Below, in pieces: positions 61,113 to 64,000 of a DNA stretch of 64,000 bases. Below the pieces are notes generated by a model. It ran no database searches, was not told the DNA's origin, and saw only the letters and a program-made list of their open reading frames with translations. Position numbers and translations under genes: made by a program. The DNA comes from Psammoneis japonica (lineage: Eukaryota). Each line of letters begins with the position of its first letter. Position 1 is the first letter of the stretch. The stretch is from positions 62,001 to 126,000 of the forward strand of contig QPGO01000151.1 of assembly GCA_008632985.1 (NCBI GenBank). The letters are read 5' to 3'.

Positions 61113-63990
61113 TCACATCACGCAAATGGGTTGACCATCTGAAAACAGGCATTTCCCAAGCCACAATTCACAAGCTTTCCTTTTGCCAACCCCCAGCTGC
61201 TTCACCACTTTTGGAATTTCAACAAACTGGTGCACAGTGGCCACTTGTTTTTCTTGCTTGTTCACCACACATTTCACCTCATGTTCCTCATTTCCATGAC
61301 ACCAGTTCAACCACTTGACATTGCTTGTTGGCAATGCAAAATGGTGATTGGAGTCAAAGATCCACCCACAGCACAAGGCAATGCAGCAGTTGTTCACTGG
61401 GTGGCACAAAGTCATGCAGTTGTCATTGCAGGTCATCACATCAAATTGACCACCCACTTTCAAGGAAATGATTTGCCAGAAAACTTCATTTTGGAGCTCC
61501 TTTGTGGGAACTTTCCCTTCAAATGGTTGCTCAGCATGCTCCTTGCAAATGGCACATGATTCTTGTTGTCAGCTTCAACCTGTTTGGCAGATGTTTCAAT
61601 GTGAGATGCAATGCAATCTCTTGTTTCCAAGTCACCAACACAATGAAGAACACCGGCCAGGAACAAAAACATGCAAGTGTTTTTGTTCCCTTGCAAGAAT
61701 TTCACAGGCGGGCCACTCACTGGCAAGTTGATCTCTGTCAATGACAACATCATGTTTCCTTCTGGCAACCAAGCAAAAACCATCCTCTGGCTTCTGATCT
61801 TTTGTGGCATTCTTTCCAAACATCTAAAACCTGTGTCTTGAAATTGTGCTCAGCCCAATCTCAGGTCAAGCAGCTTTTGTGGCTGCTCTCCAGAGTGCAA
61901 CAAACAAAATGAACAACCTTTTGTGCAATCTCCTCCTGACTCCTTCTCTTGACTTTCACAAACTGTGTTGAATTGCAAACAAAGTGTGCTTTTGGCTTGG
62001 TCTCTTCCACACCTTTTTGATGCACAGCCTGGACTCTGTTGAGTTTCTTTTTGGCAATGAGTGCACCAACACACCTGTTCATGGTTCATGGGACAGCCCC
62101 CCCCATTCATTCATTGGTGCCACTGTCAAACCATGCTTCAAACAACATGCAGCCAGAGTTTGGCTCATCAAAGCAACCAAACAAGTGTGGAACAGGCTCC
62201 ACTGAGTTGCCAGGGTGCTTTTTTTTGTGATCCCATGAACTTGGCTCAGTCCAAATTAATTTTGCAACCTTCAACATTGCTCGAGCATTGCCGTGCCTTT
62301 GCTCAGTTGTCTCCCTTTCTTTTTGGTGGCACTCATCTTTACTTGGCAGCCAAACCAATGATGCTCTTGGTGCTCTTGGTCTTGGCTTTGAGGTGCAAAG
62401 GCCATGAAAATCATTGCCATTGCTTGCTTGGTCCATTGACAGCTTTCAACATCTCCTTTTGGCATTTGTGATGTGCATCTCCCACCTTCTCCTTCTTCTT
62501 TTCCTTTCTGTCTCTGAGTTGCACAAGTTGTCTGCAGCTGTGTCTGCCTTGCGCAAATCATCCAAGTGATCTGCACGCAGCTTGACTTCCATCGTGCAAC
62601 AATGGCATTGCATTTTTCTGCACAACAAATGCTGTTGCAGTTGGAGAGCTGCCCCACACCAATCAACAATGTGAGCCAGGGGCGTCTTGAAAAATTCCTT
62701 CTCTTTTGTGTTGTGTGAGAATTGCCATTGTGACAATTCTCTGTTGTTTGCAACTGACTCCACCAACTCAGAGAGCACCACTTTGGTGAAAAAGACTTCT
62801 TGTGCAAACAGCTGCACCTTGTTCCAGAAAAAAAGTTGCTGCTCTCATCAGTCAAAAAAACACACAGCACATGGTTGCACCACCAACCAACAACAACATC
62901 ATGTGCAATGCCTCCAACAGTGACACCTCTTTGTGATGGCATGGACCAAACATGAAAACTTTTCTGCAACCCTGACTGTCAGAATGACATGCCAGCACAA
63001 TGTGCAGCCAGCATCAGCAGAAAGTCTGGGAGTGCAAGGATCATCCTTCTCCACATCATTGTCTGAATTGTCAGGATCTGTCCTGCTGTGACACTTGTCA
63101 TGAAAAACACAATCGTTGTTGTTGTGAATGTTGGACACTTCAATTTGTTCCATTTCTTGACAACTGGAGCATGATGCAGCTTGTTGTCCACCTGATTCCT
63201 TTGAGCAGCTTCTGATGTGATCAAATGATGGTTGTGTGTTTCACACCAATTTTTTCTTGATCATAAAATGAGGCACTTTGGGTCACACACAAACTTGACA
63301 TGCAGTCCTTCAAAGCCAAAATGTCAAGCTCACTCTTCTTTCCTAACAGTGTCTTCACTCTCAAACAACTGTCAAACACTGTCTTCCCAAAAGGCAGCCA
63401 TGCAGTCCTTTTCATGTCACAGCTCAACTTTTTGGGTGTGCACTTTTCCAAATCACCAAGGTTGACCTGGCTTTCTTCATGAATTTCTTCAAACTTGTCA
63501 GCGCAAAATGACTCTCCCAAATGCAGCTTCTTTTGTCAAGTGGTTGATCCCAAAACTCAGGATCCCCACTTGTTGCAGTGGTGTGGGTGATGTGCTTTTG
63601 GCTAGAATGAGGCAATGTGCCAGAGCAACACCTCCAGAGCTCATTTGAGCAACTGGCTCCAAGCACACAGTGCTGGAGTGTTGTCTCCATCGTTTTCTAC
63701 AAGCTTCTCCCACTCCTCCCAGTGCTGGCAAACCACTTTCAAGTCTGAAAGTTGAGACATGGCATTCACAACATTCTCAAAACCCAGCACTTGTTGCAAC
63801 AAGGCAACAGTGTCTTCTGACAATGAAGGCACACACTCCAATTGTTGTTCATGCCCAAAAAAAGGCTTGAACAACAAGTCCAATTGAAAAAAGACAACAC
63901 CACAATTGGATGGCACCATCATCCACTCATCATCACCCAGCCCAATCTTCAAAACTGAAGAGTCATTCACACAGACACAATCAACAAGCA
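61113..63990 (-). pseudogene. Degenerate ORF convergent with the transposase remnant, probably transposon cargo; papain-like Q..C..H..D pattern
   Basis: FLQGNKNTCMFLFLAGVLHCVGD ... CIALCCGWIFDSNHHFALP..LNWC; fragmented by stops and Tyr-free. Confidence 0.35.
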
Positions 63991-64000
63991 CGCCAGTTCC

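Larger units (their letters stand above)
50090..64000. other. TpA/CpG-depleted block 5 (nested degenerate transposons)
   Basis: About 30 TA by eye in ~14 kb; dense Tyr-free spurious ORFs; contains foldback and transposase remnants. Confidence 0.9.

Noticed and set aside
50090..64000. Dense overlapping Cys/His-rich ORFs as metal-binding proteins (also in the other depleted blocks)
   Set aside because: Loss of TA removes TAA/TAG stops and Tyr codons and inflates TGY/CAY codons, producing spurious ORFs in all six frames.

Overview
Eukaryotic, most likely diatom, genomic DNA: short GT-AG introns, a signal peptide plus 'AF' plastid-targeting motif, and a diatom-type Ty1/copia relic. Two sequence types alternate with sharp edges. 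(1) Gene islands of normal composition: a small AP2-like protein, plastid fibrillin, an LRR protein, COX17, TBP, a golgin-84-like protein, a giant AP2-like/Zn-ribbon repeat protein, an AP2-like+JmjC protein, TRAPPC13, a secreted protein, a bacterial-looking GTPase fusion and a ZZ-finger protein. (2) Transposon-derived blocks (~1-7800, 9560-11650, 15150-17480, 40340-44230, 50090-64000) strongly depleted of CpG and almost free of TpA. The main finding is that these blocks show CpG->TpG/CpA decay plus a second, unusual TpA->TpG/CpA transition process. It can be read from copia codons (Tyr->His/Cys), from the two LTRs of a young mini-retroelement and from the arms of a foldback element. This suggests a repeat-targeted hypermutation system opposite in direction to fungal RIP. 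Other highlights: a 448-bp TRIM-like element carrying Pol III A/B boxes, an unmutated MITE, TAG/CTA-rich border tracts and a horizontal-transfer candidate. Several genes carry 1-2 nt frameshifts in short homopolymers, probably assembly errors. All counts and family calls are by eye or from recall; no searches were run.
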